The notes under the pieces were generated by a model. It had not been told where the DNA came from. It did not search any database and saw only the letters and a program-made list of their open reading frames with translations. The position numbers and the translations under genes are program-made. From assembly GCA_036336835.1 (NCBI GenBank), contig JAYZFK010000066.1:1-10907 (forward strand): DNA of 10,907 bases. Reading direction: 5' to 3'. Below are positions 1 through 7,502 of this stretch, one piece after another. Numbering within the stretch: position 1 is the stretch's first letter; each line of letters opens with the position of its first letter. The DNA comes from Myxococcota bacterium (GTDB lineage: Bacteria; Myxococcota_A; UBA9160; UBA4427).

Positions 1-92
1 GGCCCGGCCACGCTCAGGACGAGCAAGCCGAGTGCCGCAGCACCCGCGATTCGTTCCTGCCACCGCCGGGGATTCACGCGTTCTTTCCGCAT
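1..92 (-). CDS. 5' end of a secreted/exported protein (partial; continues off the window)
   Basis: Minus-strand ATG at 92..90 preceded by GAAAGGAG (106..99) at 6-nt spacing. Translation MRKERVNPRRWQERIAGAAALGLLVLSVAG: basic n-region then hydrophobic h-region, typical of a signal peptide. Not in the supplied ORF track. Confidence 0.7.
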   Translation of the reverse strand, partial: MRKERVNPRRWQERIAGAAALGLLVLSVAG

Positions 93-116
93 CAGAGGCT
101 CCTTTCGGGAGAAGTG

Positions 117-135
117 AAGTAACTCGTATTAACAT
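117..135. promoter_or_regulatory. Operator-like palindromic box 1 (AAGT-N11-ACAT)
   Basis: AAGTAACTCGTATTAACAT, in an AT-rich island just upstream of the leftward gene; same 19-bp geometry as three other boxes. Confidence 0.5.
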
Positions 136-159
136 ATATTACTATGTAAACATGAGCAA
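131..159 (-). promoter_or_regulatory. Putative sigma70 promoter of the leftward gene
   Basis: Minus strand TTGCTC (159..154)-N17-TATGTT (136..131), overlapped by boxes 1 and 2. Confidence 0.4.
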
Positions 160-162
160 CTT
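144..162. promoter_or_regulatory. Operator-like palindromic box 2 (ATGT-N11-ACTT)
   Basis: ATGTAAACATGAGCAACTT. Confidence 0.5.
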
Positions 163-404
163 TATTTCTTGATCGGACCCGAACTGCGTGCTGACCGCCC
201 TCTCCGACCGGGGACATCAGTCGCGGGCCCACGCAGGCGCGAACCGGCGGCTCTCCCCATTTATTTAAATTAATATTATATTACAGCTAGTTATAGAATT
301 AATCGCCTGGCGTCGCGATGCGGATTCGGGGCGGCCGCCCCGTTCTCTTCCAGAAGCTGGCCGGTACTGCCCGCAGGCCGAGCGGACCTTCTTCCATCAA
401 TTCT

Positions 405-423
405 ATGTAAAGAATAAGTACAT
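405..423. promoter_or_regulatory. Operator-like palindromic box 3 (ATGT-N11-ACAT)
   Basis: ATGTAAAGAATAAGTACAT in an isolated AT-rich island. Confidence 0.5.
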
Positions 424-761
424 GTTATCGAGAGAGTTGGGGCTTCCGGTTCGGAAGGGCCACTGTGGCGGGTCTCCTGCTCCAGCTCGGGGGGCGGTGG
501 AAGCAACCCGGGGCGCCTCGAGGCCGCGCTTTCGGCTGAGGCCTCGGGGCTCTCGTCACCCGTCCGACGAGTGCTCGGCGAAGATCCCCCCTGCCCCCTC
601 CACACCCACTTGTGGCCTACAACCCCAGGAGACCGCCCCTGGAGGAGCCAGCGAGCCGGAACGGGTCGACCGTCGCGAGGACCGGCCCGTCGGCTCGCAA
701 GACCGCCGCCGAGGCCGTGGGGAGCCCGCCCGCGCAGCCGCCGGGGTGCCGCGCGCCTGGG

Positions 762-790
762 CTGACGGCTCCTTCAATGTATCCTATGAT
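762..790 (+). promoter_or_regulatory. Putative sigma70 promoter of tetR
   Basis: CTGACG (762-767)-N17-TATGAT (785-790), 16 nt before ATG 807. Confidence 0.6.
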
Positions 791-795
791 AACAC
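777..795. promoter_or_regulatory. Operator-like box 4 over the tetR -10 (autoregulation)
   Basis: ATGTATCCTATGATAACAC (ATGT-N11-ACAC) covers the TATGAT -10 element. Confidence 0.55.
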
Positions 796-806
796 TTGAA
801 TCTCTC

Positions 807-1436
807 ATGGCGAATGTAACTCGAAAGAAAAAGGGCCAGTACCACCACGGCGACCTGCGCGACACGCTGATCCGCGCAGCCATCGACCTGGTGGCCGAGT
901 CGGGCGTCGAAGGGTTCACGTTGCGGGAGGCCGCGAAGCGAGCCGGCGTGAGCGCCGCTGCCCCCTACCGGCACTTTGCCGACCGAGCGTCCCTGCTCGT
1001 TGCCGTGGCCGAAGAGGGCTTCGCAATCCTATTGCCGCTGATGCGGGCCAAGCTCGAACGCGACTCCCACGACAGCCTGGCAACCCTGGCGGAGCTCGGA
1101 GTGACTTTCGTCGAGTTCGGCGCGCTGCATCCGTCACACTTTCAGCTGATGTACGGCCCCCACCTCTCGGACCGGGCGTCCCATCCGACCCTCGGCGACC
1201 TGGACCTCGAGGGGTTTCACATGCTGACGCAGGCCATCACCCAAGCGCAGCAGGAGGGAAAGGTGCGGGAGGGCGATGCCCGCCAGATGGCCCTGGTCTG
1301 CTTCGCATTGGTGTACGGGGCCGTGACGATCTACCTCGACGGCGAGATGGGACGGCTGGGCTTCTCGCCCAGTCAGGCCCAGTCGACCCTGGAGATCGCC
1401 GGCCTCTACATGCTGCAGGGGCTGACCCCAGGCTGA
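807..1436 (+). CDS. TetR/AcrR family transcriptional regulator (YHHGDLR type, WHG-like C-terminal domain), 209 aa
   Basis: YHHGDLRDTLIRAA...FTLREAAKRAGVSAAAPYRHF is a TetR HTH; CFALVYG sits where WxxVHG usually lies. Start moved from 612 to ATG 807 because the upstream part is low-complexity and contains the promoter. Confidence 0.93.
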   Translation: MANVTRKKKGQYHHGDLRDTLIRAAIDLVAESGVEGFTLREAAKRAGVSAAAPYRHFADRASLLVAVAEEGFAILLPLMRAKLERDSHDSLATLAELGVTFVEFGALHPSHFQLMYGPHLSDRASHPTLGDLDLEGFHMLTQAITQAQQEGKVREGDARQMALVCFALVYGAVTIYLDGEMGRLGFSPSQAQSTLEIAGLYMLQGLTPG

Positions 1437-1453
1437 GGAGCACGCCCCGGCAG

Positions 1454-1541
1454 GCCCGCCGCAACCCGCTCTCTCGGGGACTCGTCATGACGTCCATACT
1501 CGGACGTGCTCCCGACACGCCGCTTATGCTTCCTATCCGCG
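1454..1541 (+). repeat. Imperfect direct repeat, copy A (88 bp)
   Basis: Aligns by hand to 2180-2275 with 70/87 identical columns; shared core GGGACTCGTCATrAC-sTCCATACT...CTATCCGCG. Confidence 0.85.
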
Positions 1542-1633
1542 ACATGACCGAGGTCAGTCGTGTGTCCGCCAAGGGGCCGTTGTTCCAGGGCCGATCCAGG
1601 GCGACCATCCCGCCACCCTGCAGGAAGAACTGG

Positions 1634-2189
1634 CGCCGCACGATCGAACATCCCGGGCTCGATCTCGTGGGAGTGTACGTACACAGCGAAGACAAGGTAG
1701 GACGCGACGCTGGCGAACTTTGCGGGATCGATCCGGTCGGCGTCGCCGCCACCCAGGATATCGAGGAGATCATCGCCCTCCGGCCGGATTGCGTCCTGTA
1801 CATGCCACATGAGTGCAACTACGACGCGGTCTGCCGGCTGCTGGAATCCGGCACCAACATCGTGACGACGCGCCGCGAATTCCACAATCCCGCCAGCATG
1901 GATGCCGCGCTGCGAGAGCGGGTGGAGAAGGCGTGCGAGCGCGGCAACTCGTCGATCCACAGCACCGGCAGCAGCCCGGGGGTCGCCACCGAGGCGCTGC
2001 CGCTGGTCCTCACCTCGATCCAACGCCGGCTGGAGCATCTGCGCGAGAGCTTCGGCCCTTCGCTGCAACTCATCGCCGACGCTCACCACGTTGCCGCTCG
2101 ACGGCATCGAGGTGAGCGGAGCGGTGGCGATGGCCACGGCCGACACGGAGATCGCCGCCGGCTTGATCCCCGCCGGGTCGCCCGCCGCA
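1634..2189 (+). pseudogene. Dihydrodipicolinate reductase-like (DapB_N / 2,4-diaminopentanoate dehydrogenase-like) pseudogene
   Basis: IEHPGLDLVGVYVHSEDKVGRDAGELCG, PDCVLYMP, LLESGTNIVTT and IHSTGSSPG are characteristic of the family. The N-terminal nucleotide-binding GxxG strand is missing, there is an apparent internal deletion at RRLEHLRESFGPS, a frameshift near 2083-2090 (continues as LPLDGIEVSGAVAMATADTEIAAGLIPAGS), and truncation at repeat copy B. Confidence 0.8.
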
Positions 2190-2275
2190 CCGGCTCCCTC
2201 CGGGACTCGTCATAACCTCCATACCCTCCATACTTGGGCATGACCCCAAAACCCCGTTTGTACTTTCTATCCGCG
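2180..2275 (+). repeat. Imperfect direct repeat, copy B (96 bp, with internal 9-bp tandem duplication CCTCCATAC)
   Basis: See copy A; CCTCCATAC occurs twice at 2216-2233. Confidence 0.85.
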
Positions 2276-2469
2276 CCAGCCTGGCGCGCCGTCGACACAG
2301 TGCTCGCGCTGGCAACGGCCTGACCTAGCGTCCGACTCGCCCGCTTCCCAGGTTGCTGCACAGCACCCAGAGTGGTGCCTTTTCGCCGCGCGAGCGAGAA
2401 CGCCACTCGAAGAGTTCAATGCTCGCCCAGACCCTTGCGCTCCCAATGAATGTCGCGTTGACTCCACTC

Positions 2470-2497
2470 CCCAGACCGATCGCCCAATCGGTTTGGG
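2470..2497 (+). promoter_or_regulatory. 11-bp stem-loop in the pit leader
   Basis: CCCAGACCGAT (2470-2480) / ATCGGTTTGGG (2487-2497), one G-U pair, ending 20 nt before the GTG start. Confidence 0.55.
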
Positions 2498-2517
2498 CTC
2501 AGCCTCGTGGGGGGGCA

Positions 2518-3780
2518 GTGGACGCAAGCTGGTTCGGATTTTCTCCGGTCATCTTGATTGCCGGCGGCCTCGCCCTCTACATGGCGTGGGCCATCGGCGC
2601 CAACGATGTCGCGAACGCCATGGGCACGAGCGTCGGCTCGGGCGCGCTCACGATTCGCCACGCGATCATCGTGGCGGGCCTGCTCGAGTTCAGCGGAGCG
2701 TTCCTCGCGGGCGGTCACGTCACCGACACCGTGCGCAAGGGCATGCTCGACATGGACCTCGTGTCCCGCGAGTATCTCCTGTACGGCATGTTGGCGGCGT
2801 TGGCTTCCGCCGCGACGCTGCTCCTCGGCGCCACTCGCTTGGGCCTGCCCGTCTCGACGACCCACGCCATCGTCGGTGGGATCGTCGGCTTCGGCGCGGT
2901 CGGCATCGGGCCCGAGGCCGTCAACTGGCCGCAGGTCGGGAGTATCGCCGCTTCCTGGGTAACCTCACCGCTCCTGTCCGGCTGCCTCGCGTTCTTCATC
3001 TTCCACATCACGAGCTCGACGATCCTTGACCGGGAGAAGCCGCTCGAGCAGGTACGCCGGCTCGGACCGATCTTCTTCTTCTACGTTTTCTTCATCATTG
3101 GACTCGTGACGCTCTTCAAGGGGCTGAAGAACCTGAATCTCGACCTGAATCTGCCCGAGGCGATCGCCGCGTCCACGCTCGTCGGCCTGGTCGGCGCCCT
3201 CATCGGAGCCTTCTTCCTCTCGCGCGTCGCGAAGAGCGACCGTGCCGACCAGTCGGACCATCGGTTCAGCCAGGTCGAGCGCGTATTCGTCGTCCTCCAG
3301 ATCCTGACGGCCTGCGCCGTCGCTTTCGCCCACGGCTCGAACGACGTCGCAAATGCGATCGGGCCCCTCGCGGCAATCGCGACCGCTCTCCAGGAAGGAG
3401 GGGAACTCGCACACAAGGCGCCGGTCGCACCCTGGATGCTCGCGGTAGGTGGGGCCGGGATCGTCGTCGGACTCGCGACCTGGGGCTATCGGGTCATGGA
3501 GACCGTCGGCAAGAAGATCACGGAGCTCACGCCGAGCCGAGGCTTTGCAGCGGAGCTCGCGGCTGCGACGACGATCGTTCTCGCGTCGCGCATGGGAATC
3601 CCGGTCTCGACCACGCACACTCTCGTCGGCGCCGTCCTCGGCGTCGGGCTGGCGCGTGGAATCGGGGCGCTCGACATGCGAGTGGTCGGCAACATTGCCA
3701 TCTCGTGGGTCGCGACACTGCCCATCGCCGCCGCCCTGTCGGTATTCTTCTTCTACTTCTTCAAAGGTCTGCTCACCTAG
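2518..3780 (+). CDS. pit: PiT family (PHO4) inorganic phosphate transporter, ~420 aa
   Basis: Two PiT signatures (IGANDVANAMG and HGSNDVANAIG), two PVSTTH motifs and many transmembrane segments. Start placed at GTG 2518 after a G-rich RBS-like run (2509-2515). Confidence 0.95.
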   Translation: MDASWFGFSPVILIAGGLALYMAWAIGANDVANAMGTSVGSGALTIRHAIIVAGLLEFSGAFLAGGHVTDTVRKGMLDMDLVSREYLLYGMLAALASAATLLLGATRLGLPVSTTHAIVGGIVGFGAVGIGPEAVNWPQVGSIAASWVTSPLLSGCLAFFIFHITSSTILDREKPLEQVRRLGPIFFFYVFFIIGLVTLFKGLKNLNLDLNLPEAIAASTLVGLVGALIGAFFLSRVAKSDRADQSDHRFSQVERVFVVLQILTACAVAFAHGSNDVANAIGPLAAIATALQEGGELAHKAPVAPWMLAVGGAGIVVGLATWGYRVMETVGKKITELTPSRGFAAELAAATTIVLASRMGIPVSTTHTLVGAVLGVGLARGIGALDMRVVGNIAISWVATLPIAAALSVFFFYFFKGLLT

Positions 3781-3796
3781 CAACGGGAGGATCACC

Positions 3797-4465
3797 ATGG
3801 CGCTGATGGGAGACCTTTTCGGCAAATCGCCGATCCGCCCCATGCAACAACACATGCGAGCGTCATTGGAATGTGCGCGCGAGGTGCTACCGCTCTTCGA
3901 GGCCATGGCGGCTGGCAACGTGTCCGAACTCCTCCCCCGCCGTGATAAAATCGACCGCCTCGAGCACGAAGCCGATCGCATCAAGAACGAGATCCGTAGT
4001 CAACTCCCCAAGCGCCTGATGCTCGCGATCGAGCGGCGCGACATGCTCGAGATCCTCGATTTCCAGGACTCCATCGCTGACGTGGCGCAGGACATCGCCG
4101 AGCTCGTCGAGATCCGCTCGATGACGATTCCCGAGACTCTCGTGGACTCCATGCTCGATCTCGTTCGCCGCGCGATTGCCGCCTGCGAGGCTGCCGGCCG
4201 CATCATCGACGAGCTCGACAAGCTCGTCGAGACGGGATTTCGCGGTCGAGAAGTAGCCCGCGTCGAAGAGATGATCGACGAGCTGTCTCGCATCGAGAGC
4301 GACACCGACGAGCTCACCGAACGCGTGCAACGCAAACTGTTCGCCCTCGAGTCGGAGCTCGGTGTGGGCATCGTGTTCTGGAACCAGATCGTGGGCTGGG
4401 TCTCCAACCTAGCGGACTACGCGGAGCGCGTGGGCAACCGACTGCGTCTGCTGATCGCCAGCTAG
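3797..4465 (+). CDS. DUF47 / PhoU-like Pit accessory phosphate-transport regulator, 222 aa
   Basis: GGGAGG RBS at 3785-3790, ATG 3797. LFGKSPIRPMQQHM, LEHEADRIKNEIR, QDSIAD, IESDTD and LADYAERVGNRL match the family; lies directly downstream of pit. Confidence 0.92.
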   Translation: MALMGDLFGKSPIRPMQQHMRASLECAREVLPLFEAMAAGNVSELLPRRDKIDRLEHEADRIKNEIRSQLPKRLMLAIERRDMLEILDFQDSIADVAQDIAELVEIRSMTIPETLVDSMLDLVRRAIAACEAAGRIIDELDKLVETGFRGREVARVEEMIDELSRIESDTDELTERVQRKLFALESELGVGIVFWNQIVGWVSNLADYAERVGNRLRLLIAS

Positions 4466-4587
4466 TTTGCGAAGAGGTGTCGAGGACGGGCTGCCATGCG
4501 CGTCCCACGATTCAGCGCGAGTTCGGGACCGCCTCGGCGGGCGAGGCGTAGACCTCCGCCAGCGCCGAGCGGGTATGCTGTCGTGCC

Positions 4588-5760
4588 ATGAAGATCCTTC
4601 GCATCCTCTGTGTCGTCGTCGTCGCACTCGTCGCAGTGCTGGGCATCGCGTTCGTGCTCGGCGCACCGGAGTCCCCTCCTGCGGGCAGCGAGAGCGCACA
4701 GCTTCTCGCCCCGGGCCCGCTTCCCGTCGGCATCACGGATTTCACCTTCGTCGACCGCTCGCGTCCGACCGCGGCAAACGACGACTTCGCCGGCGCACCG
4801 GAGCGAACGCTCGAGGCCACCCTCTGGTATCCGGAGGGGGATGCGGGCCGTCATCCGCTGCTCGTCTACAGCCACGGCTTCATGTCGTGGCGGACCGAGC
4901 ATGCCGCGCTCGCCGAGTTGCTCGCGAGCCATGGTTATGTCGTGGCCTCCGTCGACTTCCCGCTCACGAACCTTCTCGCGCCGGGAGGAGCGAACTCGGC
5001 CGACGTGATCCACCAGCCCGGGGATCTCTCGTTCGTGATCGACGAGATGCTCGGATGGGCCGAGGCCGAGCGCCCCTTCGACGGCTCGATCGATCCCGAT
5101 CGGATCGGTGCGCTGGGTGTCTCGCTAGGCGGCCTCACGACGATCCTCGTGACGCACCACCCGCGAGTCCGCGACGAGCGCATCGCGGCATCGCTGTCGA
5201 TCGCAGGCCTCGCGGCGTTCTTCGACGAGCGCTTCTACGCGAACGCCGACATCCCGTTCCTCATGCTCGCCGGCACCGAGGATGCCCTGGTCGCCTACGA
5301 GACCAACGCGCGGCCAATCCTCGACCGGGTGGCGGGGAGCGCGCTCCTCACGATCGAGAACGGAACGCACACGGGCTTCACGGCCGTCTCGGACGCCTTT
5401 CCAAATCGTCTGCTGAGCCAGCCCGACTTCATGGGCTGCTACATGCTCAACCGCAACTTCGAGCGGTCGGATGATGGCCGGGCCGCCCGCTTCGCGCAGA
5501 TCGGTGGTCCCGAGGATGGCATCGTGCTCAGCGGGGTGCCGGAGCGGCCGTGCGAGCGTGGCCTGCCCGACGCGCCGCTCGCACCGGGCCGCCAGCTCAT
5601 GATCACCCGCCTCACCACGCTCGCGTTCTTCGGCAGCCACTTCGCCGCGGATCCGGCCGAGCGCGCCGCGCACGCGACCTTCCTGCGCGAGACCCTCGGA
5701 AAGGACTTCCCGGAGGTGCGCTACGACCAAGCACCGCCGGGACCGGTCGCGAGCCGATAG
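4588..5760 (+). CDS. Exported or membrane-anchored alpha/beta hydrolase (PAF-acetylhydrolase/chlorophyllase/dienelactone hydrolase-like), 390 aa
   Basis: Hydrophobic N-terminus; RTLEATLWYP, PLLVYSHGF, LASHGYVVASVD, nucleophile elbow GVSLGG, acid GTED, histidine GTHTGF. Confidence 0.88.
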   Translation: MKILRILCVVVVALVAVLGIAFVLGAPESPPAGSESAQLLAPGPLPVGITDFTFVDRSRPTAANDDFAGAPERTLEATLWYPEGDAGRHPLLVYSHGFMSWRTEHAALAELLASHGYVVASVDFPLTNLLAPGGANSADVIHQPGDLSFVIDEMLGWAEAERPFDGSIDPDRIGALGVSLGGLTTILVTHHPRVRDERIAASLSIAGLAAFFDERFYANADIPFLMLAGTEDALVAYETNARPILDRVAGSALLTIENGTHTGFTAVSDAFPNRLLSQPDFMGCYMLNRNFERSDDGRAARFAQIGGPEDGIVLSGVPERPCERGLPDAPLAPGRQLMITRLTTLAFFGSHFAADPAERAAHATFLRETLGKDFPEVRYDQAPPGPVASR

Positions 5761-5895
5761 GCGTCCGCCGCACAGTCCCGGACCATGCCCTCGAGCGAGT
5801 ACCTAGCGGTACAAGGGCCGGTTCCAGCCGAGGCCCCGAGCGGCCTGCGATTGCGACGCAACGTCTGAGCGAGTGAGCTCGACCTCGCGGGTTCT

Positions 5896-6975
5896 TCAGG
5901 GTCTGCGCGAAGGAGCCAGCGAAGTTTCGCTGATCACGAAGTCGGCGAGCAGATGTCCGGCCGCGTCGTTGCCCTTCGCATTCCAGTGACCATCGTGACG
6001 CCAGTGGAGCGGACCTTCCTCGCGCTCGAGCGCCCGCAGCTCGGGTTGCAGCGCGCGGAAGGCAATGCCGAGCCGCTGGCAGATCGAGGCCAGCTCGCGA
6101 TCCGGCAGATCGACGTCGAACTCGAGATCGGCGAGCGCAGGGTGAGCCGCGCGAAACCTCGCCGCCCCTCGTGCGGGCTCCATCACGCCCTCCGGCGTCG
6201 ACGCGGAGACGACCGCAAAGCCCGCGTCAAGTGTCGTCGCCCGGCGCCGCAGCTGCCGCAGCAGCTGCTCGGTCTCGCGCCACGGCCCGGCCCACATCGC
6301 CGCGCGCTCCGGTGAGAAGGCCAGAAACGGCATCGGCACCGGATCGCGCGGCAGCAGTGCCCGCACCGTGAGGCGATGCGCAATCAGCCGGTTGAGTGCC
6401 GAGGCAGGGAGCCACAGGCCCCGCGCATCCTCGCTGCGGAAGGAGCGGCTCCAGCTGCGCCCGTCGCGCATCATCGCCTGACGGGTACGGCGGTCTTCGT
6501 CCCGTCCCTCGAGATCGCGTGCATTGTTGAAGGGGTCGTTGCGCGCCGTGAACAGCAGCAGCACCAGGTCCGGCGCCAGCACGCCGCCGTGCAGCGAGAG
6601 CGCCGCCAGCTCCTCTCGCTGTCCCCAACCATCCGAGGAGAGCGACACGACGTCGTAGCCGCCGGGCACCCGCTGCTCGAGATGCTGAGCCAGCCGGCGA
6701 GCAACGCCCTGCTCGATGGGCACGGAGCTGGCCGCCACGTACGAATCGCCCAGCAGCAACACGCGTCGGCGTGTACCACGCCGGCGCGCCGGCTCGACGT
6801 CGTGAACACCGAGCGAATTGCGCTCGATCTGTTGCTCGAACTCTTGCGCGCGCAGAAACAGCCCGTCGCGGTAGTCGAAGCCAAGCACCGTCGAGGGCAA
6901 CAGGCGAACGCCAAGCTCGGCGATCGCGAGTGCCGCGAGCACGCCGATCCCGAACCCTGCGATCCGAAACCTCAT
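5896..6975 (-). CDS. SGNH/GDSL hydrolase-like protein (AlgX/AlgJ-like) with N-terminal anchor, 359 aa
   Basis: N-terminal hydrophobic segment ending ELGVRL; NSLGVHD, block I LLGDSY, block III PDLVLLLFTARND, block V DGHWN. Confidence 0.85.
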   Translation of the reverse strand: MRFRIAGFGIGVLAALAIAELGVRLLPSTVLGFDYRDGLFLRAQEFEQQIERNSLGVHDVEPARRRGTRRRVLLLGDSYVAASSVPIEQGVARRLAQHLEQRVPGGYDVVSLSSDGWGQREELAALSLHGGVLAPDLVLLLFTARNDPFNNARDLEGRDEDRRTRQAMMRDGRSWSRSFRSEDARGLWLPASALNRLIAHRLTVRALLPRDPVPMPFLAFSPERAAMWAGPWRETEQLLRQLRRRATTLDAGFAVVSASTPEGVMEPARGAARFRAAHPALADLEFDVDLPDRELASICQRLGIAFRALQPELRALEREEGPLHWRHDGHWNAKGNDAAGHLLADFVISETSLAPSRRP

Positions 6976-7091
6976 ACCTCGACGAAGCTAGCCGCGCAGC
7001 ACTCGACGGCGCGCTTGCCGCTGCCGCAGCGGTCGCTTGACCGGCACTGGGCAGGGTGGAACAGTGGCGTGGGGCGGGATTCGAGAGCGAG

Positions 7092-7169
7092 TTGCAGCAG
7101 CTCAGCGGTCTGGACGCGGCGTTCCTCAATCTCGAGACAACGCACGCGCCACTCCACCTCGCCGGCCTG
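7092..7169 (+). pseudogene. N-terminal remnant of a wax ester synthase/diacylglycerol acyltransferase (WS/DGAT)
   Basis: TTG-initiated (M)QQLSGLDAAFLNLETTHAPLHLAGL matches the typical WS/DGAT N-terminus (LSxLDAxFLxxE..xxPMHVGGL). No HHxxxDG core follows. Confidence 0.7.
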
Positions 7170-7263
7170 CACCGTCAGATCGGCCACGGGAAGCCTCGGT
7201 CGCTCGGGTTCGCGCCCGTAGTAGCGCTCCGGCCGCACTGCCACAAGGGCCGCCCAGGGGTGT

Positions 7264-7420
7264 GGACCCGGGGCCGCACCCGAAATGGCCTACGGGAGCG
7301 GGAACTGGAAGCTCGAGCCGGGGCAAGCTCTGCGGCTCACGATCCACCTCGCGAAGGGCGGCGCTCCCGACCTGGGGGATCGTGCTCGTCGGCCCGCGGA
7401 TGGAGTCCTGCGAGCTGCGT
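7264..7420 (+). pseudogene. DUF1214-like gene fragment (C-proximal part)
   Basis: GAAPEMAYGSGNWKLEPGQALRLTI, then after a frameshift near 7371 WGIVLVGPRMESCELR; resembles the YxxGxWxLxPDEAL...YWxxQLxNxWMESxDY pattern of sulfotransferase-associated DUF1214 proteins (recalled, not searched). Confidence 0.6.
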
Positions 7421-7502
7421 GCTGACTCGCTGGGTTCTCCCGGCCAGCATGCCCCCGAGCCCGACCTGCGAACTCATTACGCTCTAGCAAGCTCCGGAGC
7501 GG

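Noticed and set aside
585..640. CTGCCCCC and CCAGGAGACCGCCC resemble parts of a cobalamin riboswitch
   Set aside because: The GGGAA/GGTG..ATTCC and adjacent ACTGT core elements are not present in the right order, the B12-box match is incomplete, and tetR has its own promoter downstream.
612..806. N-terminal extension of the TetR ORF (likewise 2353-2517 for PiT, 3449-3796 for DUF47, 10185-10214 for the fusion)
   Set aside because: These are low-complexity translations. Better starts with RBS or promoter support exist at 807, 2518, 3797 and 10184.
1487..2215. 242-aa ORF as an intact gene
   Set aside because: The first ~49 codons derive from repeat A and spacer, the nucleotide-binding start is missing, and the C-terminus is out of frame.
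2207..2235. GTCATAA...TCCATA...TCCATA as a Pho box upstream of pit
   Set aside because: Periodicity is 9 bp rather than 11 bp, and it arises from the tandem duplication inside repeat B.
1454..2275. Repeat pair as a DGR template/variable repeat or a CRISPR array
   Set aside because: Mismatches are not adenine-specific, there are only two long copies, and no reverse transcriptase or cas gene is present.
2965..3984. Long antisense and alternative-frame ORFs (e.g. 2965-3984, 4467-5474, 6227-7129, 6376-7221, 8563-9345, 8606-9412, 10111-10902)
   Set aside because: Shadow ORFs expected in high-GC coding DNA; many are Arg/Pro/Ala-rich, none has recognisable motifs, and all overlap well-supported genes.
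5760..5896. Bidirectional terminator between the convergent hydrolase genes
   Set aside because: Only short or imperfect stems (GTACC/GGTAC, GGGCC/GGCCC) with no U-tract on either strand.
7470..7490. ATTACGCTCTAG as a possible MITE/IS end
   Set aside because: No matching inverted partner or target duplication was found in the window.
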